Assembly (NCBI RefSeq): GCF_009834535.1
Contig: NC_045703.1
Span: 47,120,001-47,184,000, forward strand
Origin: Camelus ferus
Taxonomy: Eukaryota
Direction of reading: 5' to 3'
Length of the DNA stretch: 64,000 bases
Shown here: positions 47,922 through 61,579 of the stretch, in pieces
How the letters are laid out: each line of letters opens with the position of its first letter
Numbering within the stretch: the first letter of the stretch is position 1
Notes under the pieces: generated by a model
The model's input: only the letters and a program-made list of their open reading frames with translations
The model's database searches: none
Told to the model about the DNA's origin: nothing
Translations under genes and position numbers: made by a program

Positions 47922-50900
47922 AGTCCCTCAAGAATTACCAGGGCCTGGGAAACTATTATTTAATGTTCAGCTTTAACAGTAATTGTGATCTAAAGACTGT
48001 GCTTCTTCTAAGACTGTGCTTTTGTTTTTTAGTTTCTTTTGTGGATATTTGCAGATGCTTTGGATCCTGCCACTTAATACATACTCTTCAATTAAGGAAA
48101 CGTTTTTCTCTTCAATGTGAACAATATAGTTTTTAGAATTTAGAGCAATATATGATAAACTAAAAATATGCTAAAGTCTACAATATTATAAAGGAATAAT
48201 CTCAGGAAAGAGGAAATATCTCTAATAGATTCTGTAAATCTTGCAGATTGTCTCCTTTCATTTGGCAGCCACGTTCAGTCATGAACTCAAATTCAGGTTG
48301 AGGTTGTCTTATCCACAGACTTCAAGTGTCACATTGGTAACAAAGCTGACCTATAGGCCTGCTCGTTGTTTAAGCTGTCACTTCTTATAATTTATGTTGT
48401 TGTCCTTAAAATGTGTAAATAATGGAACTGACTCACCCAGAGTATGACATGGGTTTGATTTGTTTTTCCAGGGCCAGAACTGGATGTGTAACTCTGAGGA
48501 CCAATGACTAGCATTAGTGGGATCTAAGGCCAGTTTGGACAATGGACTTTGGCCTGAGAAGAAATTCAAACTCACTTGTCCACTAGGAAAATGAGCCTAC
48601 AAGCACGTCCTCACTAGATTTACTCAGAAAAGATATTAATGAGAATACATGTAACTTTGAAAATAATATTTACAGTATCTGCTACTACAGCTCAGCAATT
48701 TTTCTCAATATGCATTAATTGAAACCTTAATATTATGGTACACTTTATTTGCTTTGGATATCGTGATTTAATTTCTCACATTAGTATTTTTCTTAAGATA
48801 CATTTTAATTGTACCAATCAAATATTACACAGTTAAGATGAACTTGAGAAACCAAAACATAAAAAGTAAAAAGTAAGAGGGACAAAGACTTAACTGCTTT
48901 GTAAACTGCAGACTATCAATGTTGGAACACACTGCACAAATTATTTGATTACTTACCACTTCAGTTCCTAAGCAATAAAATACTGAATATAAAGAAATTT
49001 AAAATACCTAATCACCTCCTTTAGTAAATTAACTTTACTAGCTTTTTATCTTCTTTACTTTTGTGAATTAAAATTTTTTTCTTTAATTCTTTTAAAAATT
49101 ATCTTGAAAGATAGTTCACAATAACCACAAAATAACTTATACGTTTATCACTATACATCTGAAGACACAGCATTCCTAATACAAAACACTATACTCTTCA
49201 GTACTTCATGGTATAATTTCTCGAGTCTTAAGTTTTACTTTTGAAAACCTAATCCCTGAAAGGATTGATATAATTTAACTTCCTAGATGTGTAAAGAGAA
49301 TTTTATTTATTTATTTTTATTTTTTTGGAACTCATAGTATGAAACAGCTACTAGAAATTAATTGTATTATCTCATGTTTCTGATGAATGATTATAAATAT
49401 TAGAGAACTATTTAAACATTTAAGTATTAGATTAAGACAAAACAATAGAATAAGACACATATTTATTTCAAAAGTTATTATGTGGGTGATTTGTTAAGGT
49501 GATATTGGAGATAATAGTACTTTTAAGCCCTTATCTTAAACTCTTAGCCAAAAATTACAAAAACAAGTAGGCAAATGCATAGATGGTTGCTGGTCCACTG
49601 CTTTGTTAAAAAAGGAAATTGTCATGAAATTAAATGCACTTGAGGTTTTGTTTGTTATTTAAAAACTTAGCAGAAGAGAGATCCCTTTCCTTTGAAGATT
49701 CGCCTCCAAAAATGACACAAAAATTTTTTTAATAAAATTAAGTTAAAACCTCTGTGACATCTTGCTTTTGTCATGGGACATTGTTGTTTTGCCTTTTTTT
49801 TTTTTCTTTTTATCAATAACATTTCAACAAAGGACCAAATTAATGACAACACTGCAAACAATGACCTAATGAAAGCATAGAAAATTGTTAATTAAAATTG
49901 TTAATTATTTTTGCTAGGAGGTAAAAAGAAACATTTGCTGTCAATTCTGGAGAGGAGCAAAAATTGCATTATTTTTTAGCTCAAATTTAGTTCTTCAGGG
50001 AAAAAAAATTACAGAATAGGGAAACAGACATGAGGAGTCTGAAATAACAATTTTAAAAATGTAAAAGTTCTTCAGCATTTCAAGGAAAAAATGAAAAAAG
50101 AATTGTATAATAATTTTCCTCAAATATTAAAAGCTTCAAATTCTATAAATGTATATGTGTTTCCCTCCAGTAAGAAGGAAAATAGCTGACAAGCTCAATA
50201 ATATGTTACAAATAAAGTAGAAAAAATTAGGAAAGAGCTGATTATACTTGCTTAATCATGCATGATTTTTCTCCTCTTACTGGATTTACACAGGTCAGAC
50301 ACTCCAAAAACAATGATTCCTCTAAAAGCAATGATTTTTATCTTGCTTTGATTTATCTCACTTATGCAATAATTTCGTAGGTAGGAGAGGTTCTTTGTGA
50401 ATTAGATGTAAGAAAGATCTGCTGTGGGTCTTTCTATCATTGCCTCTTCAGAATTTCAGTGATTTTTTTTAAGTGATCCAGATTTATTTTTATGGATCAG
50501 GATTTTCAGTTTGGTTCTTTTCAATATGAAATAAATAAATGAATCAATCAATCAATCAATTTGATCTTTTTCCCTCTCTTAATAGATTCTCATTTAGCTT
50601 ACCAGAATTTGTTTGGCTAATTTGGTAATTTGGAGCTAAAAATCATTGAAAGGTGACATCTGTTGTGCCAAGGTTTCTTACCATGAAAGCAAGCATTTGC
50701 TTCACCACTCTCTTCTCTGCTCTTCTCTGCTGATTCCCCTTACCCCCCAGAAAAGGAATTTAGGCCTGAGTGCTCATTGGAAGCTCATGGCAGGCTGTGC
50801 TGTCATCAGTATTTATATAAAAAATATTCTCCTGAGGTTTATTACCTGTGTCCTGCTTTTGACAAATGTGTTCTTTAGCAATTTCAGTGTGCTGTCAGCA

Positions 50901-53709
50901 AAAAGGTTACACCAAGTCATCGGAGAATTGGCTCTGGGAGAATGAATCCATTTTGTGCTATCGTCCCCATGACTTCCAAGGGACAATGTGGACTAGCCTC
51001 ACACAAGGCCTAATTGGGGAAGAATGAAAAAAAAAAAAAAAAAAGAAAGAGGGAGGTGGAAAGATGGGATGGAGGAGGAAAGGAGAAAATTAGTTAAATA
51101 CAACAAATGCTCCCTCCACTTATTACCAAATACTAGATACTTTCAGACAGTGAGTTCTTTAATTCCTGTGAAAATTTGATTCATTTATATCTTTTGCTGG
51201 CACGCACAAGTCAGTGAAATACATTCACATTGTAGTGCTCTAAGTCTATGATTTCCCTAGTCCAAACAAGAAGCAGTAAGAACCATGTTTCAGAACAACC
51301 AAGTGAAAAGTGAAAACTTCCATCACCACGAGGGTATCTTCATGATCCCTAGGGGAAGGTATATCCATTAGGGCGCCATAGTTCCAAACACTAAGCTTCA
51401 AGTAGTTTACATTGATAGTTTTATCATCCATCAAGGCTACAAAATCATTATATTCAATCGCCCAATGTTTGGAGAGCATCAAAGCTTACATGTTTATAAA
51501 AATAGAATCAAATTATCTATATTTAAATTAACTGGTAAAAATTAGCTTTACAGACTCTGAGGATTTTCTTCATGAAATGAAAAGAGCCTTGGTGAATGGG
51601 AGAGGTTAAAAAATACTGTTATCTTTACATGCTCATCTGGGTTTCCAAAACTCTTTCCAAACTTCTTCCCAGATAGAGAACTAATAATTCTGTAGTATAT
51701 TTTTTTATAAATTTTGACTGCAACAATCAGGGTTCAGTCAGGAAAAAGAAAAGGAAAATTATTTTAACAAAAAGAAGTTAACTCAGGAAATTGTTTTAAG
51801 AGATATTGGAGGACTTAAGATCTATTAATGGCTTTTGGAGTTTGCCCAGGCTCAGCTCCAGGCAAGAACTCAAATGCTTCAATGGTGTTAGGCTAAATGA
51901 AATTATTTAGCATGCAGATAATCCCTGCTTCTGAGCTTCTGACCTGACAAACTGACTTTTGGAATACCAGGACTTAATCATTACTAAACATAGGAACTTA
52001 ATTTGCAAAAGGAAAAACAAGTGCATGCCTTTGACATTACGAAGACAGGTTCTCTCCTTGGCATTAACGTACCACTCCCAGTTGCAGTCCCCCAAGATGA
52101 GTAAATTATACAGAATAAAGTATAAATAAGAATAAAGTAAATAAAAGAAATAAGAATGAAGTAGTATAGAACTAAATAAAGGTAAAAGAATCAAGTAAAT
52201 ACAGAACTAAGTTTTTTTTTTTTTAAAAAGAAAACACACCAGACCAACAGGTACTTATAAACCCAAACACTTGATGTTTTTAATAGGATTTTTCTTATAC
52301 ACTAAATAATAAATAGACTAAATTAAACAGCAAATTCAGAAAGTTTAGGTTAGGTATATTATTCTTTCATGATCAAAAGCCTAGCAAAATATACATTCAT
52401 CTGTCCATATGTTTCATTTTCTTCTACAAGGACTCAGATTTCTAGAGAACAGTGTTTAATTCTCATTTAACACTGTGTTCTGTGCTCTGTCTCTCTGGGA
52501 ATGCATCAGTAACCATGCACAGTATTCAGTCACAAAAAGTGGCATGCTGTAATCATTGAGATGCAGTAAAATAAATTTCAAAAGCAGCTAAATATTTACT
52601 GATATACTCGCATGAGTAAGTGTGTACTGACATGGATATTTATTGCGACATGATTTGTTATGGCGAAACTCAGAAATAGTAGGGATCTATTAAATTAATT
52701 ATGATACTTCCAAATAATGGAACATTCTGCAGACTTTTTGAAATATCAGTTTTGAAAAATTATGTTCCCTGATATGGAAAGAATCTCTAAGACATACACT
52801 AGTGATTAAATTTACAAGAGTTATTTAAGTACTAGGGAAGGTTTTATGTATTCGTCTGACAATTAAATTATCAAAAAAGGAACTTGAAATTTTAATTTGA
52901 TAAAGACAAATAAAATATTAAGGGAATTCAATTACCTAGGCTTTAATCACCCCTTAAAGATGTTGTTAAAAGTTACTAAGTATAGAATAACATATTCTGT
53001 TTATAAATGAAACAAATTTTATAAATTATGAGTTCAATAAAAGTTGTAAGTTAAATAAGATTTTCCAAAAAAGAGCTAGGTTTTTCAATATTATTTTATA
53101 AATGAAATATTAATTCTAAAAGCCAAAATTACCACAAATAATCTTTTTTATATACAAAAAAGGATACCAGAAATCTTGAACTGATGACCGATCTTCAAAA
53201 TTAAAAGAAGTTTGCCAAGTCGAGGAGGAGGGTGAGTAGCTCCCAGGTAGGACAAATGAGAAGAATGACTTACCGGGGGGCCAATAATTCCTTCAAAGGA
53301 GGGTAGACCCCAGAGGAGTGACTAAATGTAAAAATACAAAGAAAGGCCAAGTTGGGCTTACCGACTTGAAATTTTTTGGGGAGAATTTTTAAATTTTATC
53401 TCAGAGCAATGAAAAGCTATATTTGCCATGCGTCTGGCAGGAAACAGATGGCACCATCAGCCTGGGTGATTGAGGAGAGCTTGATAAAAGAACAATTTAC
53501 AAAGATGTGGGCAGTGTTTAAGGAAATCAGCAAGAAACAGAGTAGTACCTAGAGGCAGCAATAGCGAAGAGTCCACCTTGGCTGGACCCAGAGTGACAGA
53601 GGAAGAGCGTGGTCACAGGAGTCTCAGAGGATGGCTGTATGCAGAGGGACTCCACATGGCCTTTCCTGGAGGACACAGCCAGCCCCAGGGCAATCTGGCA
53701 GAGAGGTTG

Positions 53710-54353
53710 TGTAATGGAGCAGGACTCTCTAGGGCTTTCCTGGGACAGACCTCCCCCACCCCATGTCTTCTGCCTGCCTTTTGTCTGTAGAAAAACTTTA
53801 GCCTCCTAGGCTTCCCCACGTTCCAAAGAATAAACTTAATCACAGAAGTAAGAAAATGCAGAAACAAAGGACAACAGTCAAGCAAGACAAACAATAATAC
53901 CAGTTTAACCATTAAACAAAGTCAAGGACCTTTAGTTCTTCCTCAAGGGCTATAGATAATAATCTGAGCCAAGTCCTTTGAGCTGTTTTGTGGATACTAA
54001 AACCACCACCAGGTGGAAAAATTTAACTGTATGCTGCCCAGAAGCACTCAGACCACAGGCAGGTCAGAACCAGAAGGCTGATGACGTTGCTTCCTGATTA
54101 CCTCACCATCAACCAATCAGAAGAATGTCCATAGCTAATCATATACCCCACAACCCCTCTCCTTCACCTCTGTCTTCAGAAACCTTTCCTAAACGCCATC
54201 AGGGAATTAAGGCCTTTAGAGCATTAGCTGTCTGGACTCCTTGCTTGGTGCCCTGCAATAAATGCTGCACTTTCCTTCACCACTGTCTCGTGTCAGTCAG
54301 TAGGTTGGCTTTATTGAGTGAGGGCTAGAAGTCCCAAGTCTGGCTGGGTGACA
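53710..54353 (+). mobile_element. ERV1-class solo LTR with 4-bp TSD
   Basis: TG...CA termini, CCAAT box, AATAAA at ~54257, and TSD gttg at 53706-53709 and 54354-54357. Confidence 0.85.
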
Positions 54354-54959
54354 GTTGCCCGGGTTAAATACCCTGATTTTATCCTCCTTCTGTCTGTGGA
54401 TCTCCTGCAGGTGCTTCCCATTGATAAAATGTCATCTATCAGACACCTCAGGGTAAGAGAGCACCTTAATCCTAGTCCTAATTTGTGCTTCCTGCCCAGA
54501 GGGAGTGGGGAAGTCTAGGAAAAACCCAAGGGATCTAGCTTAGAGACCACGTAAGATTTTTAAGAGGAAAGTGTCAACTTTAGGCAACTGTGCAGAGTGG
54601 GTTGGAAAGCTCTGAAGCAGGAAGCCAGATCACTAGCTACCATGGGTGGGAGGGGAGGCATGTTAAGGATGAATTCCAACTAAATATTTATATCCCTTGC
54701 TGAGTGCTCAATATCTATCTCAGTGAATAGAGAAAATTTTCCTGTAGCCTTACAGCTATATGTTTCATGCAGCTAGCTGGTTAAGTCTATTCAAACAGAT
54801 TATCCCATTTGTATTTAGATAGATGTATATCTTTAGTCTAATAACCACCTGCTAAAATCTCACATATTGAAGCTGGCCTTTCCTAAACTGCTCCCTCTCC
54901 ACTTTGAATACCCTAATGGTGCTTCTGTGAGAGGCATCACACACACACACAGACATACA

Positions 54960-56057
54960 CAGGACAAAGTCTCTCTCCTTTGACCAAATTTTAATCAGGC
55001 TCCTTTGGTCCCTCTGCTTGACTAGATCAGACTTGGACTTCACTCTTGGCCCTAGTAGAATCCAGACTGAGCTAGAATCATGCTAAGTCAGTTTAGCAAA
55101 AATCCCCTACCCTTGGTATCTGACCAGCCTCAATATCTTATCACTCTAGCCTGTCCTCAGCAAGAATTCTGATGAGTCAGTCTAGCAAAAATCCTCCTTG
55201 ACCCTGATATTTCCTCTTAGTAATTTTCCATCCACTACCTCCAACCCAGTTCCTTGGGTATAAATCCCCACTTGACCTTGTTGGAGTTGAGTGCAACCTT
55301 GTGACTGAGCAGGATCCTAGGGTGTCTTCCCAGGACAGACCCCCACTATGTCCTCCACCTGTCTTTTGTCTGTAGAATTTTAACCAAAGAATAAATTTAA
55401 CCAGAGTACTGAGAAAATGCAGAAGCAAAGGAAAATAGTCTAATAAAACAAAATAATAATAGTTTTGCTGTTAAGCAAAGTCAAGGATCTTTGATTCCTC
55501 CTCAAGGGCTATGGATAATATTCTGAGCCATATCCTTTGAGCTGTTTTGCAGATACTGAAACCCCAGCCAGGTGGAAAAAGTTAACTACATGATGACTAG
55601 ACTATAGCCATGACATAAACTGCAACATCTTACACAATTCCAAGAACTGGCCTCAAGGAAGTGGGAAAAAATCTGACCCAGGAGTTGAGGATTAACTGTA
55701 CTTAAAACAATCAAGATGATGCTCATCATACTGCCACATGGCCAATTTCAAGATGATTGTCAAAGGTGACCGTGCTGTTCTACACGCAGCCTCCCACCCC
55801 TGATTGACAGTTGGGAGTTGGTTCTTTGGGACTTGAGTCCATCTTCTCCCCAAGTTTCCAGCCTCCTGAATAAAGCAACCTTTCCTTTCCAACCAACACT
55901 TGTGTCTTAAATATTGGCTTTTGAGTGGCAAGCAGCTGAACCTGAGTTTGGTAACAATCTCGCTCCCCCACTATAAAACCCATTGTAGTAGCTTCCTTTG
56001 AATAAAGTCTGCCTTACAGTCTTTAACAAGTGTCATGAATTATTTTTTCTCTTAACA
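54960..56057 (+). mobile_element. MER39/MER34-type LTR split by a younger LTR
   Basis: 'ctctctcctttgaccaaattttaatcaggctcct' ... 'tataaatccccacttg' | 'gaataaagtctgccttac...ttctcttaaca'. Confidence 0.65.
55300..55956 (+). mobile_element. ERV1-class solo LTR nested in the MER39-type LTR
   Basis: TG...CA termini, AATAAA at ~55869 and imperfect TSD acct/atct. The 5' ~300 bp is homologous to the 53710 LTR. Confidence 0.8.
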
Positions 56058-57514
56058 CACACGTATACACACACACACATCCACACCACCAAGTTTTTAG
56101 AATAAAGAAATAGTTCAGAAGTAGAGAAACAAATGAGAATTTTAAAGGCAGGAACTCAGAGGACGCCAAAATTGGCAAAGGAATCAATGGACATGAAGTG
56201 TCTGTCACTACTGAAGTGTGGCAAGTCAGTTTTAATGTCCTCATCTGTGAAGAGAGAGGCATGATTGGGTGACGTCCACGATCTTGTGAGACTCTCAGGA
56301 AGAAGGATCCTGGCTGTGCGTCTCACAATCTAATGTCTCTTCCCAGATGCAGCCTAAAATGTTCACTTCAAGACCAGCAGTCAGATTGAATTCGTGAACA
56401 TTCTTTGGTAAATATGAAAATATCTCACTTACTATGCACATTTGCTTCTCTATGAACAAGTACAGGGAAAGAAAACTGTAAGAATGGTGAGGGAGGCAGT
56501 CCCTACTGAATCACATTATGCTTCAGGACACAAGTTAAGCCTGTATTAGTAAACTATATTATTAAATTATAGTTGGATTCAGGACTACTCAGGGAATGTG
56601 GAGAGCAGGGCTTAGAAGAGAGACAGAAAAAAGCCAAAATTAAATTTTCCTATTCAAAAATAGCCCCAAGGCTGAAGCTGGATTCAGGAACAGTCTACTT
56701 TCCTTCCATTCCCCCTCTTCTCCCTCCCATAACGTTATCCCAGGTATCAGGGGATGTGGACAAAATTGTCACATGTAGTCATGTGCTTTCCAACCTATTA
56801 AATAAATGAAAGTTTCTGTTTATCTCTTAGTGCTTTATAGAAAAACCACTGGACGGATTTTCACCAAATGTTAATAACCTGACTTAAATCATCGATGTGA
56901 TATGGATGAAATTTATTTGGCTGGGCCCTAGGGCAACATTCAGAGAAAATTGTTAAACAAGTACAATGAGAGGCCTTATGATTGCTGGTTGATGGTGTAG
57001 ACATATCAGGCAGGTTAAGAAAATAAGAGACAGAAGACACAGGAAGTCATTTCAAATATAAACCACAAAGTGAAAAGTCACAAGGATAAAAGCTGAAATT
57101 GCATGGGGTGATTTGTAATCAACTGCTTCTCCTATGAGCAGCTCTTCGCAGTGAGCTTCAAGGTGCCAGGGAACAACTGAATAATTTACACAACGATGGT
57201 TAATAATTCTCCCAAGTCACATGATAAGGTGGATGGCTAGTTGAGAGTAAAAATCAACCTTATGTCATACTTCCTCTATGGTACCTCAGGTCCCGGTGAT
57301 CTTCCCTTTTCTGAATCCCTAAAGTGAAACCAGACAGGAAATAAAATCATTATCACTTTATTTTCTTTATTCTTTTATTGGTCTTTAATTGTCTCATGTG
57401 TGTAAATCAAGGCCAATCTATTCTGAACTACATGTTATGATTCTTTTGTACATTTCCCCACTTGTCAGAGGTGATTATTGATTACATACAGAGTTCACAA
57501 TTAATAAATGATTG

Positions 57515-57538
57515 ATTGGTTGGTTGGTTGGTTGGTTG
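57515..57538. repeat. (TTGG)n microsatellite
   Basis: ttggttggttggttggttggttga. Confidence 0.8.
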
Positions 57539-57657
57539 ATCAAAGATAATGAATGTAGCTCTTCTGCAGGTTACAGAACACTTACCTAGATTACCAAAAT
57601 GTAATAGAATAATATTTTCAGTGACCTGGGGATGTAAGATATGTGTTTCATCAAACT

Positions 57658-58423
57658 AAAGTTTGGTGCAGTCATCATGGAAAACAGTATGGAAATTCCT
57701 TAAAAAACTGAAAATAGACTTACCCTATGATCTAGCAATCCCACTCCTGGGCATATATCCAGAGGGAACTCTAATTTGAAAAGATACATGTGCCCTCATG
57801 CTCACAGCAACACTATTTACAATAGCTAAATATGAAAGCAATCTAAATGTCCAGTGATAAATGATTAGATAAAGAAGGTGTGATACATATATATAGGTAC
57901 ATATATATATATGAATACTACTCAGATTTAAGCCTGGGAGTTAGATAAGAACATTTTCCATCAATGGAATACTACTCAGCCATGGAAAAGAATAAAACAG
58001 TGCAATTTGTGGTAACATGGAGGCATCTGAAGATTGTCATACTAAGTGAAGTGAGCCAGAAAGAGAAAGAAAAATATCATATGATATCACTTTTATGTGG
58101 AATCTAAAAAAAAAAGACACAAATGAACTTATTTATAAAACAGAAACAGACTCACAGACATAGAAAACAAACTATGGTTACCAAAGGGGAAAGAATGGGG
58201 AAGGAATAAATTAGAAGTCTGAGATACAAACTACTATATATAAAATAAACAACAAGGTCCACTGTATAGCACAGGGAACTACATTCAATACCTTGTAGTA
58301 GCCTATAATGAAAAAGACTATGAAAAGGAATATATATATATATATATATAATCTCTGAATCACTATGCTGCACACCAGAAATGAACACATTGTAAACCAA
58401 TAATATTTCATTAAAATTAAAAA
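57658..58423 (+). mobile_element. L1 ORF2 C-terminus plus 3' UTR (artiodactyl-type)
   Basis: 'ggaaaacagtatggaaattccttaaaaaactgaaaatagac...ccactcctgggcatatatcc...ggaatactactcagccat...tgtatagcacagggaac'. Confidence 0.88.
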
Positions 58424-58487
58424 TGTGCTTCAGTAAAAATAATGTCTCATTTTCAATACTCTATTCACTTTTGTAATGGCTTTTTTA

Positions 58488-59519
58488 TTAATGTGCTTCA
58501 GGAAACAGATTCACACTTTCTGAATGGGAGCTAAATATTTTCCCTGACACTATGTATTTAAGAGCTTTCCGAAACCATGGATAAAAAAAGCCATGAATGA
58601 GGGGGTTGCAGGTAGAGTTGAAGTACCCAAGCCACACTAAAAGATCAAGTACTAATATGGGAGTGGAGTAGTCTAGATATGGGTCGATCAAAACAGCAAG
58701 AAAACAGGGCAACCAGCAAGCTAGAAACACCCCCATTACTATACCCAGGGTCTTAGCTGCCTTCCGGTCCTTTTTTTTAGACAAATTTTTTTTCACTTCC
58801 TCCTTTGTGTTTTCAGGCATGTTGCTGATAACTCTAGCATGTCGTTTGGAAATGACAAAGATTTTGCCATAAATACCAACCATAATGGAGCCAGGAGTAA
58901 AGAAACATGTAGTGAACAATATTGTCCCCCAAAATTTGTTGAAAGTAAGTGCACAGAAATTGAAGCAAGCAACGAGAATCTCATAGCTTCGCATACCAGA
59001 AACATTGGCCTTGGATAGAACTAAACTGAAAGAGAAAAGAGCAGGGGCGGACCAGCAAAATGCCAGCAGCCGCTTTATCATGGAGGGGGTCATTGTGGTC
59101 ATGTAGTGTAGAGGGTAACACACAGCGTAAAATCGATCAACAGCAATGGAACAGAGGTGGAAAATGGAGGTCAGGCTTAGCATCATGTCAAAGCTTGTGT
59201 GGAATTTACAAAAGCCATCCCCAAAATACCAGCAGCTCTCTACCGATCGCACCATGCTGTATGGCATGATGACCAAACCAAGCAGGAAGTCAGTGGTTGC
59301 CAGGGAGAGGATCAGAAAATTTGTGGGAGAGTGAAGCTGTTTGAAATGTGATATGGAAATTATTATAACCAAGTTTCCAAAGACAGTGATAAACATGGCC
59401 CCGGTCATAATTGAGTACATTATCACTCGGACATGAAAATGGCGGCTGGTGGGAGGACAGGATTTATTTCCAAATTTGGGACAACTGGACAAGTTTCCAG
59501 GAATATAAGTTAGATCCAT
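58488..59519 (-). CDS. TAAR3: Trace amine-associated receptor 3 (343 aa)
   Basis: Intact ORF with TAAR3-type [45 protein letters not shown] and NSTCNPLIHG. Confidence 0.95.
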   Translation of the reverse strand: MDLTYIPGNLSSCPKFGNKSCPPTSRHFHVRVIMYSIMTGAMFITVFGNLVIIISISHFKQLHSPTNFLILSLATTDFLLGLVIMPYSMVRSVESCWYFGDGFCKFHTSFDMMLSLTSIFHLCSIAVDRFYAVCYPLHYMTTMTPSMIKRLLAFCWSAPALFSFSLVLSKANVSGMRSYEILVACFNFCALTFNKFWGTILFTTCFFTPGSIMVGIYGKIFVISKRHARVISNMPENTKEEVKKNLSKKKDRKAAKTLGIVMGVFLACWLPCFLAVLIDPYLDYSTPILVLDLLVWLGYFNSTCNPLIHGFFYPWFRKALKYIVSGKIFSSHSESVNLFPEAH

Positions 59520-60487
59520 GGTGTTTTATCACTTTAAATTCCTCTCTAGGAAGATGAGTCGGTGTTTCTTCTCTTCTTAAAATGATTCCAGTAAATTTCA
59601 GCTCCTGAGAGTACAATAAAGTTAACATCACCTATTAGTAATTCAATCATAATGTATTTAAATATTTAAAATTATATCATTCTACTCCTGAGCTATAGCC
59701 TCCCCTCAGACTTGTGTTAATTTTCAATTAAACTTGATAAATATAGACAAAGTACAATTTCATGAGTAATTTCAAAATTTGAACTAGTATCAACTTATAA
59801 AAGTATAAATGACCATGTAATAAAATAGGAAAGCTAAGCAAAAGTTTGAAATTTATGAAAATTTATGATATTGGATCTTTTCTAGCTAATTCTCTAATAT
59901 CTAATATAGACCATAATTTAATATTTAAAGGCTACAATAACAAAGTCCACTTGGAAACCACTTCAGGGATGACAATAAGCAAACTATATTCAAAGGTAGC
60001 ATTGAAAACTAAGATAAACAGAAGAAAAAGTTTTTTCTATAAATCTACTTTATAACTATCTATAGTAGTTTATACATTAATGACATCAAAAATAGTTTCT
60101 GGCATGTACACAACTGATTTATTCCAAATAATGGAATCATAGTTCATAAGTAAGCTTTGCAAAACCACAAGGTAGTTGGCAAAGGGCAGAGATAGTATCT
60201 TGAAAACACTGTATTCTTAAAAGCAGCTGGGAGCAGGAAAAACATGTTAATTGACAGGAAATTCACCCACAGAACAGGCAGAGCAAACTCCATGCGGGAG
60301 GGCAGGGTCAGAAAGGAGAGTGAATATTAAAACCATGCCAAAAGCACCTTTATTTTAATTAGCTATAAACTATAGCATTACTTGAAAATAAACCAAAGAG
60401 AAAAATCTTTACTAAAACTATCAGAGAAGTAGGAGGCTCAGGAGGAACTGATTTAATAAATCTTTTATCAAGACCACACATCCTCCA

Positions 60488-60519
60488 CCCCCCCCCCTTT
60501 TTTTTTTTTTTTTTTTTTT
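60488..60519. repeat. Adjacent poly(C) and poly(T) homopolymers
   Basis: C10 followed directly by T22. Confidence 0.85.
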
Positions 60520-61579
60520 GGTAGTTACAAGGGAAAGGCTCTAGGAAAATGTGTCTTGGCTAGAACATCAGAGCAAGGAATTGCCCGTGATAAATGTGTC
60601 TTTTCAGCATCTGTTGTCATGGAAACTCTGGTTGTAATCTTTCCTCCCTTCAGTCTACAATACTCCAGCCACCTTTGTCCACAGAAGTCTCTATGTTACC
60701 CTGCAAATGCCTATTCTGTGGCTTGACCAATCCCCTTTCCTTCACCTGCCTGCCAGTCCCTTAGTCTCTGACAACGTAAATACTCAGCTCAAATAAACGA
60801 GTCAAAAATGCTGTGCTCCCGATTGAAGTTAATTATAGCCTATTGAGGTGGCCAAAGATCTTAGAGATAGGCTGATCCACTTCCTCATTTTACAGCTGAC
60901 TTTTATTTCAAACACCTTTTTTCCCTCCTTCCAGCACAACACTTTTTTAAAATACCTTTTCTTAATTTACAGCTAAATTTCTTGAGAAATTTACATTTAA
61001 TGAGATAAAATGCCGTTAACCATCCAACCCTGGCAACACAATGCAGAGCTGTGTACATGACAGGTAAGCAGTAACAGCTTGTTGAATTAAGTGGAAAAAA
61101 ATTAATTCCAACACATTATGAAACTTACTTAATAGGCATCTTGTCTCATGATACTAGAGACATTTGGTTTGGGAAAGATTAAAATATTAAGAAAACAGTT
61201 AAGTCCTGTTTAGAAAGTAGCTAATAAAATCTCTTCTAAAATCCACAGCATTCCAAATGAAACCTAGTCAACAATAACAATTTTGGGTGTTTCAAAGTTT
61301 CCAAATTACTTGGAAGGCACATTGCCACTACATCCTCCCAACTCTTCCATGTATATAAAATAACAAAGGTCTTGAGGGAGCCATTGATACTAAATGCTGT
61401 TACCAACATAATCCAGGTCTTTGGGGTCCTGGTGTCGTAAACTTCCCACCAACTCTTACCATCTAATAATGGGAAATAATAATAATAATAACAATAGCAA
61501 CAAACAATTCCTTTCTGATCTATTTAGGCAATAAGAAAGTCTATGGCTTCATGTGTTCATAGTTTCTCCCGTACAGTCC

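Noticed and set aside
47728-48136. ORFs spanning the N run
   Set aside because: They are artefacts of translating through an assembly gap.
53710-55956. The two similar LTRs as ends of one provirus
   Set aside because: Each has its own TSD, their 3' halves differ, no primer-binding site follows the first LTR, and the spacer is not retroviral internal sequence.
58590-58610. TAAR3 NPLIH instead of NPxxY as a loss-of-function change
   Set aside because: By recall, His at this position is typical of TAAR3 orthologues, so it is not specific to this genome.
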